Virus record (IMG/VR): IMGVR_UViG_3300029305_003884
Span: 32,001-96,000 of that record
Source: a virus
Taxonomy: Duplodnaviria; Caudoviricetes
Direction: 5' to 3' (one strand)
Length of the DNA: 64,000 bases
Positions 18,803 through 28,421 of this stretch are shown piece by piece. Within the stretch, counting starts at the first letter, position 1; every line of letters starts with the position of its first letter. Made by a program: the position numbers and the translations under genes. Under the pieces are notes generated by a model, which ran no database searches, was not told the origin of the DNA, and saw nothing but the letters and a program-made list of their open reading frames with translations.

Positions 18803-21800
18803 TCAATTCGCCCAGAACTGAAGGGTACTATTAGTGAAACTTATACCAGAAACTGGTGTGGCATGAAGAACCACAGATGTTGCATCGGTCATAGTAGCCA
18901 GGTTGAAGTATCCAGGCGTCCACTTAATATCGCCTTGCCCTTCGGTAGCACTAGACGGATACACCGTAAAGAAATCAAGATTATAAATTTGAATCCAGAT
19001 ATCATAATAGGCATCAGTTGTATCGCTAGGCAAGTTGGAAGCTGAGTTACAGAGCACCGCCTTAACTTCTCCGCATGCGGCAAGTGTACGTGTACTAGAA
19101 CCTGTACCAATACCTGTACCAGCAGTATCCGTTTTGTCAGCTGTGCATCTTACATAACGTACAGACTGGTCTAGTCCAACGAAATTGAAGTGAATTTCAC
19201 GCTTTGCACATCCATTCGCACCAGAGGACATAACAATAAATGAACCAGCGGTAAAGCATGATATATTGTTTTCAGGATGTGGCACTCGCACTTGCGCTAC
19301 CTTTACCCATCTAGCTCCACCAGCGTTGTTATTTCCTCGCAACGTACGTTTAACGACGATATCATCCATGAGGGCGAGCTTATCGACCTTCATGATTTCG
19401 TCCCTGGTCTTCTGGCCGTTCGCATACTCGGCTTCCTTGTAACGCATCAATACTGGGTGAATGTGGTCAGTATAGCTAGGACCAGGCAAGAGAAGTTTCA
19501 CCGATTCCGTACTGCACGAAGTATCATATCCAGGAATCTTCGAGTTGTTGCCACCGACAGAAGAGAAAATGTGGGCGGAAGCGGAACCAGCAGAAAATTC
19601 GTCGAGGCCCCAGCAGTGACCCTCACGGGCAGGCAAGATGTACTCGGTACATCCGTAATGAACGTCTGCCAGAGTAGCAATGAGGAAACCACCGTACATC
19701 ACACGGGCGAAGTCGGGCTTCTGTTCGCCGTCTACTCTCGCACATCCACAAATCCAGTCATGGCAATGGCTCTTAGCATTACCAGTCAAAGCAAGCGTTC
19801 CAATGGTCGAGGTCACGGAACTGATATTCAGTCTAGGACCGTCAATGTAAACCTGGCTCTTGGAATCAAGCTTGACCATGTTTACTGAATACAGCGACAA
19901 GGTGTTTGCACTGCTTATAGCAATGTATTCGTTCTCATAATACAGGGCGCCCGCAACATCATTATCCTGCCATACGCCGTAGCTTCCTGCTGGTGCATAC
20001 CTGCTCTGGCAGATATATCCGTCCTCGGTAACTAAACCGTTGGTGATGTTGATGTTCGTCTTCAATTCTCGGATTGCATTTTCACCAATGAGTTCGAGTG
20101 CCGTGTTTCTCGGCATCTTATTGGTATTCACATCTCCGTGTTCGGCAAACCAGCGCTTGTCGTAGAAGTTGATTGCGGCAAGGCAGCTCTTGTCGGCGTC
20201 CTTGGAACGGTTGGTAAACCTACCGAGAACCATCCTTGTATTGGACAGACCGATATGGCTGGTATGATACTGCTGATAATCGCTGGTATCGAGCGTCTTG
20301 TCATGCGGGTCATTGCACGCAACTTCCAGAGAGCCGTCAGTGACTTCGAGATACAGTTCTCTGTGCTTCTTGTCATCAGTAGTGGCAACCCAGTGGGATA
20401 TATCCGTCTGGTTCTGGTCATCCACCATACCCATCATGATATACGCACTCGTTGCTGCATGAATGTAATCACGGGCGACCATGAACGCATTTTGACGATA
20501 TACCTTACTGTGAATATATCCATCGGAATCACTGCCAAAAACACCGACACCGACATACTGGGTCTGAATCTCGTCGCCTTCTGGAATATAACCCGTTCCA
20601 ACGATAAAGTTTGGTTTGACCCTCGGATAGTTAGCGGCACCGACAACCGTCTGGTTAAATCCAGCCGCAATCGTGAGGTAGTTCAATGCAGTAGAGTTTG
20701 CACCGAAGAACCTACGAGTCCTCGTCAGGTTATTGCCAGAATACTCGTAAGTATAGCTGGTATACTGGTTGGAACTGTACTTTGCTACACGTCCACCGTT
20801 TACACCGACTTCACTGAACCTGATATTGTCTTTAAGGATAAGCCTTGTGAATGCACCATGACTCTTGTCAATTCCAGTGATGGAAGTAATCTGGTGACGG
20901 AACTCGATACCGAACCAATTCAGGTAGTTCTTTCCGTTGATGGTCTGGTCATAGATAATGACCTGGTCGCCGACCTTGAAGTCAGACCATGTGACAGGAG
21001 TCAATTCATTCTGGTTATCATAGATATCAAGAATGTTTGTCGGGTTGTACTTGGTAAGAGACTTGGCCGTTTCACCTTCACAGACATTCACGACGACTTC
21101 ACAGTTTTCGTCAATCTTCGTGAGGTCAGGAACCTTGAAAATTAGGCCAGGGAAGCCAACACAGTTGAAACGGTTAGCTGCAAATCCGTGGCTGCCGAGG
21201 ACGACAAGGTCTTCACCACCTGCCGTCATGCCGTTGTTTTCGTGTACCTGGTTATTTAGACCAGCGTAGATACCAGCATACCTCGCCTGTATCATGCCAG
21301 CGTCGGATATTCCATGGGAGAAGTTTCCAAAGACGTATGTAGAAGCACCACCTGCCGTACCGTAAGTACCACGTAGTTTCGTGTTGTATCCGTACACGAG
21401 GCTGTAACTGCGGGATAGTCCAAGGTCTGCAGAATCATCCGTTGCACACCTGTAAGTGTACCTGTCCGTGCCGTTATCTCCGCCGAATACGACGGACGGG
21501 GCGTCCACCTTGAATTCCTGGTCAACATCGAACCACCAGTTGCGTCCACCCGCTACGTGGTCAGTCTCGTCACCAGCAGAACCGAGGATGATGGACATGT
21601 AGTAGCCCATCGGGAGCAAGTATGTCTCGTACTGGGCATACTTGTCAACTTCCATGTTCTCGTCGAATACTGGCGTCCTCAGGTTGATTGGAATCGGGCA
21701 CGAGTTCAGTATGACCGTCTTGTCCACTGCATTGATAATCTGGTCTATCCAATACTGGTTATCCTCTTTCTTGTTATTGGAGTTCAGATACATGATTTTC

Positions 21801-22132
21801 GAGTGGGTCACGACGGCATGAAGCAATTCGTCAGCATCGGCGTCGGCGACAAGGAGCGGATTAGAGTTGGCCGCAGGCATGAACTTCTCACGAACATTGT
21901 CGCAAGCGGTTTCGAAGGTGTCCTTGCCGAATCCGAGGGCGGACCATTCGTTGTAAAGCCTGTACAGGAGATAGATGTCATTCCTGGTCAATTTGAGCTC
22001 GACGGAACTCTTCGTGACGGTATATCCGTTTGATGTGCCATATCTGAGTACGGACCTAATCATAGCGTTCAAAACGCTCCTTGCATTATAGGTCAATACA
22101 TCGATTTCTTTCGTTATTCGTTCAAATGACAT
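18803..22132 (-). CDS. Putative tail fibre / receptor-binding protein
   Basis: 1109 aa with Gly/Asn/Ala-rich beta-repeat segments, late motif 28 nt upstream, AT-richer C-terminal module. Confidence 0.6.
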   Translation of the reverse strand: MSFERITKEIDVLTYNARSVLNAMIRSVLRYGTSNGYTVTKSSVELKLTRNDIYLLYRLYNEWSALGFGKDTFETACDNVREKFMPAANSNPLLVADADADELLHAVVTHSKIMYLNSNNKKEDNQYWIDQIINAVDKTVILNSCPIPINLRTPVFDENMEVDKYAQYETYLLPMGYYMSIILGSAGDETDHVAGGRNWWFDVDQEFKVDAPSVVFGGDNGTDRYTYRCATDDSADLGLSRSYSLVYGYNTKLRGTYGTAGGASTYVFGNFSHGISDAGMIQARYAGIYAGLNNQVHENNGMTAGGEDLVVLGSHGFAANRFNCVGFPGLIFKVPDLTKIDENCEVVVNVCEGETAKSLTKYNPTNILDIYDNQNELTPVTWSDFKVGDQVIIYDQTINGKNYLNWFGIEFRHQITSITGIDKSHGAFTRLILKDNIRFSEVGVNGGRVAKYSSNQYTSYTYEYSGNNLTRTRRFFGANSTALNYLTIAAGFNQTVVGAANYPRVKPNFIVGTGYIPEGDEIQTQYVGVGVFGSDSDGYIHSKVYRQNAFMVARDYIHAATSAYIMMGMVDDQNQTDISHWVATTDDKKHRELYLEVTDGSLEVACNDPHDKTLDTSDYQQYHTSHIGLSNTRMVLGRFTNRSKDADKSCLAAINFYDKRWFAEHGDVNTNKMPRNTALELIGENAIRELKTNINITNGLVTEDGYICQSRYAPAGSYGVWQDNDVAGALYYENEYIAISSANTLSLYSVNMVKLDSKSQVYIDGPRLNISSVTSTIGTLALTGNAKSHCHDWICGCARVDGEQKPDFARVMYGGFLIATLADVHYGCTEYILPAREGHCWGLDEFSAGSASAHIFSSVGGNNSKIPGYDTSCSTESVKLLLPGPSYTDHIHPVLMRYKEAEYANGQKTRDEIMKVDKLALMDDIVVKRTLRGNNNAGGARWVKVAQVRVPHPENNISCFTAGSFIVMSSGANGCAKREIHFNFVGLDQSVRYVRCTADKTDTAGTGIGTGSSTRTLAACGEVKAVLCNSASNLPSDTTDAYYDIWIQIYNLDFFTVYPSSATEGQGDIKWTPGYFNLATMTDATSVVLHATPVSGISFTNSTLQFWAN

Positions 22133-22160
22133 AGTCTAGCCGATGAAATTCAATCAAAAA

Positions 22161-22169
22161 TAGTTTATA
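22161..22169 (-). promoter_or_regulatory. Late promoter motif TATAAACTA spanning the IS left junction
   Basis: Exact motif 28 nt before ATG 22132. Confidence 0.8.
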
Positions 22170-22223
22170 ATGTTGCGGCGAGAAAACTCGCACATCTTTA
22201 GTGGGTGAGACGAAAAAAACGAC

Positions 22224-22252
22224 TTGACAAAAATTAAAACATTTTGTAACTT
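22224..22252 (+). promoter_or_regulatory. Sigma70-type promoter TTGACA-N17-TAACTT for tnpB
   Basis: Inside the IS left end, upstream of a structured leader. Confidence 0.55.
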
Positions 22253-22262
22253 ATATAAACAT

Positions 22263-22364
22263 ATAGGTAGAACAATGGATTACTGGCATTCTCTATTGTC
22301 CTATCGGTTCAAGATTTTGTGGCCTGTTGGGAAATTGAATGCCAGTTTAGTTCCCAACGGGCCA
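22263..22364 (+). ncRNA. Structured 5' leader: two hairpins with complementary loops
   Basis: Hairpins 22263-22304 and 22320-22364; loops ACTGGCATTC and GAATGCCAGT are exact reverse complements. Confidence 0.7.
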
Positions 22365-22373
22365 TTCTTGTAT

Positions 22374-23621
22374 ATGATAAGCAGGGCATACAAAATACGG
22401 TTGTATCCAACGGTAAAGCAGCAGAAGTTCTTTGCAAGAACTTTTGGTACATGCCGTTTCATCTACAACCGTGTGATTGCACTTAAATCCGCCTTGTACG
22501 AAGAAACCCGCATGTCGTTCACGCCAAAGCTTGCGTCATTCAAGGAAGAATGGCCTTGGATGCGGGAAGCCGACAGCCAAGGCATGGCTAACGTCTACAT
22601 GGATGCATTAAATGCATATCAGAAGTTCTTCGATGGTAAGTCTAAGTACCCGAAGTACAAGAAGAAATGCGATAAGCAATCATACCGAAATGCGATGATG
22701 CCTAAGACAATATCTAAGCTCATCCGTGGCACTAGAAATGACCGAATATTCATTCCGAAGGCGGGATTGGTGAAATTCCGTCAGGACTACGACTTCAAGT
22801 CGTTGCCAATCAAGAAGATATGCAGTTTAACCATATCCAAGTCGGCAACGGGGAAGTATTTCTGTTCGATAACCTGCGAAGTGGACGATACTTCGATGAA
22901 ACTGCCGCCGAATAAAAATGAAATCGGGTTTGACTTGGGAATCAAGGATTTCCTCATCGACTCCGATGGTTGCGTAATCGACAACCCGAAATATATGAAA
23001 CGGAGCGAAGTCAAGCTTGACAAGGCACAGCGCAGGCTGTCCCTGTGCAAGAAAGGTTCGAACAACTATCTGAAACAGAAGCATCGTGTCGCTCTGGTAC
23101 ACGAAAAAATAAGAAACCAGAGAATGGATTTCCTGCACAAGGTCAGCAAGATGCTAGTTGTAGAAAACCAATACATCTACTCCGAAGACCTGAAGCCGTC
23201 CAACATGTTGAAGAACCACCGCCTTGCAAAGGCTATCGCAGATGCGTCCTTCGGACGGTTCTGCAATATGGTTGCATACAAGGCCATGTGGTACGGTAGA
23301 TACTACTTCAAGGTAGGGTCATTCTACCCGTCAAGTAAGCTGTGCAATGTCTGTGGTTACAAGAACACCACACTGACGCTCGAAGACAGGGAATGGACCT
23401 GTCCTCACTGTGGTACATACCTTGACCGTGACCATAATGCCGCTATCAACATACTGAATGAAGGAAATCGTATACGTTTAAGTGGAGATACCGTACGGAC
23501 TGCGGAAGCCGATAAATCGACTATGCTCGTTGATACTGGTAAGATTACTTACCTTGAGCGAGAATCCTGTAACGCCACGGATGGACTCGGGGAAACCCAC
23601 CCATCTTTAGTGGGTGGGTAG
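22374..23621 (+). CDS. tnpB: RNA-guided endonuclease TnpB
   Basis: AYKIRLYPT N-terminus, RuvC-I GFDLG, RuvC-II SEDL, zinc finger CNVC/CPHC, RuvC-III DRDHNAAINI; start at ATG 22374. Confidence 0.95.
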   Translation: MISRAYKIRLYPTVKQQKFFARTFGTCRFIYNRVIALKSALYEETRMSFTPKLASFKEEWPWMREADSQGMANVYMDALNAYQKFFDGKSKYPKYKKKCDKQSYRNAMMPKTISKLIRGTRNDRIFIPKAGLVKFRQDYDFKSLPIKKICSLTISKSATGKYFCSITCEVDDTSMKLPPNKNEIGFDLGIKDFLIDSDGCVIDNPKYMKRSEVKLDKAQRRLSLCKKGSNNYLKQKHRVALVHEKIRNQRMDFLHKVSKMLVVENQYIYSEDLKPSNMLKNHRLAKAIADASFGRFCNMVAYKAMWYGRYYFKVGSFYPSSKLCNVCGYKNTTLTLEDREWTCPHCGTYLDRDHNAAINILNEGNRIRLSGDTVRTAEADKSTMLVDTGKITYLERESCNATDGLGETHPSLVGG

Positions 23622-23654
23622 TTCATAATCATGCCAAAAAAGCATATTCGATAG

Positions 23655-24914
23655 TTAATGTTCCAACTCATTCAAGTCAACGACTTTCTTGGCATACTTT
23701 TCGGGAGGGTCCTTGTCGGGATTAGTCTTCACCCACAGTATCTTCCTAACCCTGTATCTTTTAGCCAGTTTGAGCTCGGGATAGAAATCCATGTCGCTAA
23801 CGATGATTATGCCGTTGTACCTAGTTTTGCAGGTGTCCAGCATACGGAAAACACAGTTGCAGTCCGTGCCGCCGCCCGTCGCAATGGAGAATTGCTTCTT
23901 CTTTCTCATCATCGGAGTCAGATGGACTGGTTTCGTACACTGGGTATTCCACCAGCAATAGTCGATATCCACGTCCTTTCCGACGGCCAAAATCAGGGAA
24001 ATTATTCTGGAAACGGCACTTGTCGGCATAGAACGGCTAACATCGCCAGCAACCAGTAGCCTAGACCTGTACTCTGCGACATGGCCTGGGTACGCAAGGT
24101 CGAACCTGCGGTTCCTCTTGAAACGGCATTCCCTCCACCCGCACTCGATTGATTGGGTGACGAACTTCCTGATTATGGTACGTCCATCGACAGCCTTTTC
24201 AGCCTTCGACAGCATGCTCATGACACCGTTTGCCGTCGCCGTGCCCCAGCTTCCACCGCCATTAACAGCGGCCTGTTCAACCGCCTCGGTAACGCTACCG
24301 TCAGCATTCCACTCATCGGCCCTAGTCTCGTCGTTCAAGTATGTTGACATGCCGCCAGACGGGTTCTTTTCGCTGGAATCATCCTGCTGTTCCCCATCGT
24401 TGTTCTTACCACCGTTCTTGCCCTCGGTGAGCAGCTTATAGAGGATTTCGATACTTGCGTTACGGTAGTCGTACTCCTTGTAGAACTTGCTGTAATACAG
24501 AGAGTTGATGTTGGTTTCCAGGCGGGAAACCTTCGCCAGAACCTTACCGTAGGCGGCATTATTTACACCGATGTCGGAAGAAAGGCCCATCCTGAGGGCA
24601 ATAAGGTCGGATGCCATGAGGGACATCTTCTTGTCGCTGTAAAGACGGGTAGATACATGGCCTAATCCGATTCGGACAGCCTCGATGTAGAAAATCAGTG
24701 CAAGTTCTTGCGGTTCAAGAGTGGCCACGAAGTCACTGTTCATCTTGACATAGAGCTTTCCATTCTCGATGCCGCTGGCCACGCTGGTTACATCGTCAAA
24801 TACAAACTCAGCAAACCCGAGAACGGTATGCGTAATCGGGGCGTACTTAAACAAGAGATACTTGGCGAGCCTTGTAACGTCTTCGGGTTTTCTGTTTGTG
24901 TTTGTGTCGCTCAT
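23655..24914 (-). CDS. DUF2201-type metallopeptidase-like / VWA protein (MoxR partner)
   Basis: MIDAS DVSRS, GGGTD, SD; N-terminal domain has IEAVR where HExxH is expected. Confidence 0.8.
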   Translation of the reverse strand: MSDTNTNRKPEDVTRLAKYLLFKYAPITHTVLGFAEFVFDDVTSVASGIENGKLYVKMNSDFVATLEPQELALIFYIEAVRIGLGHVSTRLYSDKKMSLMASDLIALRMGLSSDIGVNNAAYGKVLAKVSRLETNINSLYYSKFYKEYDYRNASIEILYKLLTEGKNGGKNNDGEQQDDSSEKNPSGGMSTYLNDETRADEWNADGSVTEAVEQAAVNGGGSWGTATANGVMSMLSKAEKAVDGRTIIRKFVTQSIECGWRECRFKRNRRFDLAYPGHVAEYRSRLLVAGDVSRSMPTSAVSRIISLILAVGKDVDIDYCWWNTQCTKPVHLTPMMRKKKQFSIATGGGTDCNCVFRMLDTCKTRYNGIIIVSDMDFYPELKLAKRYRVRKILWVKTNPDKDPPEKYAKKVVDLNELEH

Positions 24915-25179
24915 ACTTTTCTTTTTCCTGGGTCTTCATAAAAATATATTGTTTTGAGCTTAGTCTGGAAAAATAATAAGTAGTGCAGATTCCCATGCGT
25001 AGCATGAGAAGGTGACAAATGTGATGTTCTTTGAGTTTGAGCTCCACTTGGTTGCTCTTTTTGTTGCTACCGCCACAGGATAGGGGCATTATGTGGTGAT
25101 TTTCGCATAGTTCCCCTATTACATATTCTCTTTTTTGTGCCTTCCTTATTATACTGAAATAGATGGCAGAATAATTCAA
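24847..25179 (-). CDS. Short HNH homing-endonuclease-like protein
   Basis: MNYxxIY...ENHHIMPLSCGGSN...N.V.L..KEH..CH.L. Confidence 0.8.
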   Translation of the reverse strand: MNYSAIYFSIIRKAQKREYVIGELCENHHIMPLSCGGSNKKSNQVELKLKEHHICHLLMLRMGICTTYYFSRLSSKQYIFMKTQEKEKYERHKHKQKTRRRYKARQVSLV

Positions 25180-25182
25180 GCA

Positions 25183-26331
25183 TTACCTCTTGAGATAAGT
25201 AATATCGTTCGAATCGAAATGAGTCGGCATACCGATGCTTTTCAGATAATCAAGTACCTTGAATATCTTGGTAGGATAACTCAGAGCTTCCTTCATCGAA
25301 GCCCTTATATTAACCGCATCGTTGGCGGTAATTTCACCACGGTCCACCATTCGATATAACATCGGCACACTAAGCTCCTTATCATTCTGGAACGGGCTCG
25401 GAGTAGTGCCTATGCCTCCATTATAGCAAGCAAACACGAACGTCATATCTCCAAGATGGTCGTCATCCTTTTCATTGGCGTTAACCTTGTTGCTGCGTTC
25501 GGTATCATACATGAGATACAGAAGATAGCCAGCGGCAAGGTTTATCGCATCTTCGACAACCTCTGGATTCCTCATCTTGCTGGCACTCAGGCCAAACTCG
25601 CCTGCATGCAACCTCGCATCCCGTATCGCATCTGAACCAAGCTGGGCAAGACCACGATATCTAGTCGTCTGCGGTTTATCGTTGAACATACTCTCAATAC
25701 AGATGAGGGCAAGCAGTTCAGCCTCTCCGATTCCACGAGAAGATGTAATCTGGGCCGTATTATGAACAGCACGCAATATGCGTTCTATGTGGGCCGCCTG
25801 CTGTTCTGGTGTATGTTTCACCTTGTATGCCTCGGCTAGGTTAGTTGAAATAAACTTCCTTACTGCATTGTCACTTGGTTCAGAAGCAGATGACTCAGGG
25901 AAAGACACGGACATCGCATCCCTGACTAGACTTCTGTCGTTCGTATCCTTTTTCACTGTAGGAACGGTGTCAAACTTTGCTGGACTGTCCTTATACTCGA
26001 AAGTGGTGTCCTTTTCGTCGAAAGTCCTCTCGGGGAGCTCGGCATACTGTTCGAGCTGTTTGTCATCAAGACCCAACTTTTGAGCCATATCGTGCCAGTC
26101 AGTATTGTAAATACTGGCGCCTGGGCTGCCTCCAATCAGGGCGGCACCACCTACCTTGATGGCCTTGCTAATCTTAGGGTAATACGTTTCCAGGTTGGAC
26201 AACCTGTTATAGAGCCCTTTCCAGTCCACCCCTTCATAGATGGCTGAATGCAGGTCGAAAATCGCTTCCATCTGCACTTTCGGTAAGTCAAGTTGCCTTA
26301 TTGCCTGTCGGAACTGCTCTTCGTTGGTCAT
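25183..26331 (-). CDS. Lytic transglycosylase (SLT) with N-terminal leader
   Basis: CIESMF (catalytic Glu), GLAQL, ACYNGG; start ATG 26331, 24 nt after the late motif. Confidence 0.85.
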   Translation of the reverse strand: MTNEEQFRQAIRQLDLPKVQMEAIFDLHSAIYEGVDWKGLYNRLSNLETYYPKISKAIKVGGAALIGGSPGASIYNTDWHDMAQKLGLDDKQLEQYAELPERTFDEKDTTFEYKDSPAKFDTVPTVKKDTNDRSLVRDAMSVSFPESSASEPSDNAVRKFISTNLAEAYKVKHTPEQQAAHIERILRAVHNTAQITSSRGIGEAELLALICIESMFNDKPQTTRYRGLAQLGSDAIRDARLHAGEFGLSASKMRNPEVVEDAINLAAGYLLYLMYDTERSNKVNANEKDDDHLGDMTFVFACYNGGIGTTPSPFQNDKELSVPMLYRMVDRGEITANDAVNIRASMKEALSYPTKIFKVLDYLKSIGMPTHFDSNDITYLKR

Positions 26332-26355
26332 GAAAAATCCATTAGTATCCACCAA

Positions 26356-26364
26356 TAGTTTATA
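26356..26364 (-). promoter_or_regulatory. Late promoter motif TATAAACTA
   Basis: Exact motif. Confidence 0.8.
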
Positions 26365-26395
26365 AAGTCCAGCTTCACCGTCCACCCCCCAACAT

Positions 26396-26404
26396 TATAA
26401 ACTA
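26396..26404 (+). promoter_or_regulatory. Late promoter motif TATAAACTA
   Basis: Exact motif 22 nt before the gp15 ATG. Confidence 0.8.
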
Positions 26405-26426
26405 TTCGATGATTAGGTGATGCTGT

Positions 26427-28028
26427 ATGAGACCATTTTATTACGTTCGCACAATTGAGAAAATCCTTATTGGACTTATCGACATGTTCAATAACATGTA
26501 TGTCAACAAGTACGATGACATGAATCGTGTTGACTACTCAAGGAGCGCTAAAATACCCATCATCACCCACAACAATGCCAACTTTACGAACTTCTGGTCA
26601 TCGACCCAGTACAAGCAGCTGACGGTTCCGTACCCGATAGGTGCTATCAGGTTCGTAAGCAACGCCCCAGACGCAAGCAATAGGCCGCAACCGACCTATG
26701 CGAGAGAGATTTTCAGCAGGTCGGCAGACCGATGGATTCGTGACATACAACCGACTCCATATACATTCAACTTTGAATTGCAGTTCCAGGCGGACAACAT
26801 ATCCGACATCTTCCAGATAAAGGAGAACATCGAGCCGTACTTCAACGAGTACAGGACTATCGTAATCAAGGAATGGGACTTCGCCCCAGAAATTCCTAGG
26901 CCAGTCGTTGTGGTTATCAACAGCAATACAACCGAGTTGAATGAAGAGGTTAGCGACTCCGATGCACAACAGCAGGTATACAAGGTGACTTACCCGATTA
27001 CCTGCTACGGTGTATATCACAGGCCGTACGAAACACCAGAGATGATTAAGTACGCCGAGATGAACTTCCATATCGACGAAGACCTCATCCACAGGGAACA
27101 GCTCCTCGTCTACCCGAGCGAAATCATACAGCAGAAGAAAAAGCTCTGGGAAACGGTGTGCCCGACAATCAGGGAAGGCTACTCAATTCTGCACACCCTA
27201 TCGACTACTCTTATGCAGAAGCAGGATGCGGACGGCAGCAAGTATTACGAGGATGTCTCGCTAAAACAGTTGCTACTGTTCGACCGTTTCACGACAACGA
27301 CTTACCACGAAGGTTTGAAACTCTGCGGTGTGGACGCATACAACGACCCTGATACAGACTACAAGATTCTTCCAGAAGATTTTGATGCCAATGGTATTCC
27401 CATTTACACATACTGCGAATCGGTAACGGACGACATAACGAGACCTGCAGAAGTCCCGTCGTTCGACCTGCTCCGCTTCAACTTCGACTACGACACTCCT
27501 CACGAAAGCGACCTTAGCGGTTTCGGTCGTGACTTCGTCGCAGTCAACGACGATACGAGAAAGTTCATTCCGAACATCGCCCCTGGAAACGGCCAGGAGG
27601 TGGAAGGCGGCTACGCCGTGGAGGACTACGTCGATTGGAGCAAGATTCTCAACTGGTTCGGCGACAATGCCAATGGCGACATCGAGTCGTCATACACATT
27701 CAAGGCAACCATCCAGTTTGTCGAAGACGCCCCAGGCGATACAATCTTCCAGTACCTCAGCAATGACGAAACCACTCTGTCTGACGGAACGGTCATACCA
27801 GAGGGCGAAGTCTGGTTCGACTGGGGCATGATGAACGGTCGTCTATACTTCACTTACCATACGTCCAGCAAGTACAAGACATTCGTATCTGACGTTATCC
27901 ACCCGAACAAGGAAACCATCTATTCCTTCTATTTCGCCCTGTATGACAAGGGAGACAAGGGTATGTTCGGAGTCAAGACCAATTTTAGTGAAACAATGAT
28001 AGCCCTCAATACGGTTGAGGCTAATTAG
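26427..28028 (+). CDS. gp15: Tail sheath stabiliser/terminator, T4 gp15-like, with C-terminal extension
   Basis: YYxxTIEK...FNNMYV...KIPI...PTPYTFNFEL...DIFQIKENIEPYFN. Confidence 0.8.
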   Translation: MRPFYYVRTIEKILIGLIDMFNNMYVNKYDDMNRVDYSRSAKIPIITHNNANFTNFWSSTQYKQLTVPYPIGAIRFVSNAPDASNRPQPTYAREIFSRSADRWIRDIQPTPYTFNFELQFQADNISDIFQIKENIEPYFNEYRTIVIKEWDFAPEIPRPVVVVINSNTTELNEEVSDSDAQQQVYKVTYPITCYGVYHRPYETPEMIKYAEMNFHIDEDLIHREQLLVYPSEIIQQKKKLWETVCPTIREGYSILHTLSTTLMQKQDADGSKYYEDVSLKQLLLFDRFTTTTYHEGLKLCGVDAYNDPDTDYKILPEDFDANGIPIYTYCESVTDDITRPAEVPSFDLLRFNFDYDTPHESDLSGFGRDFVAVNDDTRKFIPNIAPGNGQEVEGGYAVEDYVDWSKILNWFGDNANGDIESSYTFKATIQFVEDAPGDTIFQYLSNDETTLSDGTVIPEGEVWFDWGMMNGRLYFTYHTSSKYKTFVSDVIHPNKETIYSFYFALYDKGDKGMFGVKTNFSETMIALNTVEAN

Positions 28029-28039
28029 GAGAACTTATC

Positions 28040-28414
28040 ATGAATCTCTTTGAATCGCAAATCAACAACCTGAACCTCGACCCGTCGATGAAGAAAAGCA
28101 TCATCGAATTGCGAAAGGTGTGCCTGGAAAGCGATGTCGGTGGAATGCCGAATCTCGACTTCGAAAAGCAACAAGCAGAAGCTGCAAAAAATCGGGCCGC
28201 TTTCAATGCCATCAAGGACACGATAAATTTGGCAATGAAAGAAGTTGGGGAAAATCTTCCGAGTAACGTAGAAGGAGAAGCCCTCGGTCAGGCCGTATTG
28301 AAGAGGATACAGGATAAGTACTGTCCGCAGTTTGACAAAACGTATGGTGAGGGGTGGGGTAAAAAGCTTGACATGGAAGCCAAGAAACGGCTCCATAAAT
28401 TAGCCCTACTGTAA
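28040..28414 (+). CDS. Leader-family putative internal head protein
   Basis: MNLFESQINNLNL...IIELRKVCLES; AGGAG RBS. Confidence 0.75.
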   Translation: MNLFESQINNLNLDPSMKKSIIELRKVCLESDVGGMPNLDFEKQQAEAAKNRAAFNAIKDTINLAMKEVGENLPSNVEGEALGQAVLKRIQDKYCPQFDKTYGEGWGKKLDMEAKKRLHKLALL

Positions 28415-28421
28415 AGAACGG

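Larger units (their letters stand above)
22169..23626 (+). mobile_element. IS200/IS605-family element, tnpB only (IS1341-like)
   Basis: Subterminal hairpins share CATCTTTAGTGGGTG (22193-22207, 23602-23616); guide tetramers AAAA (22183-22186) and GAAA (23592-23595) predict cleavage sites TTAT (22165-22168) and TCAT (23623-23626) by the IS608 pairing rule; no tnpA in the element. Confidence 0.88.

Noticed and set aside
22224-22373. 50-aa N-terminal extension of TnpB in the ORF track
   Set aside because: The TTG is part of the -35 box and the region is the structured leader; TnpB homology starts at ATG 22374.
23627-23646. TnpB guide targeting other sites in this window
   Set aside because: The other late-promoter TTTAT sites I checked match only the first 3-4 guide bases.
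26390-26406. 17-nt match (AATAGTTTATAATGTTG) to the IS left junction
   Set aside because: Mostly the shared promoter motif; no hairpin follows, so not called an IS remnant.
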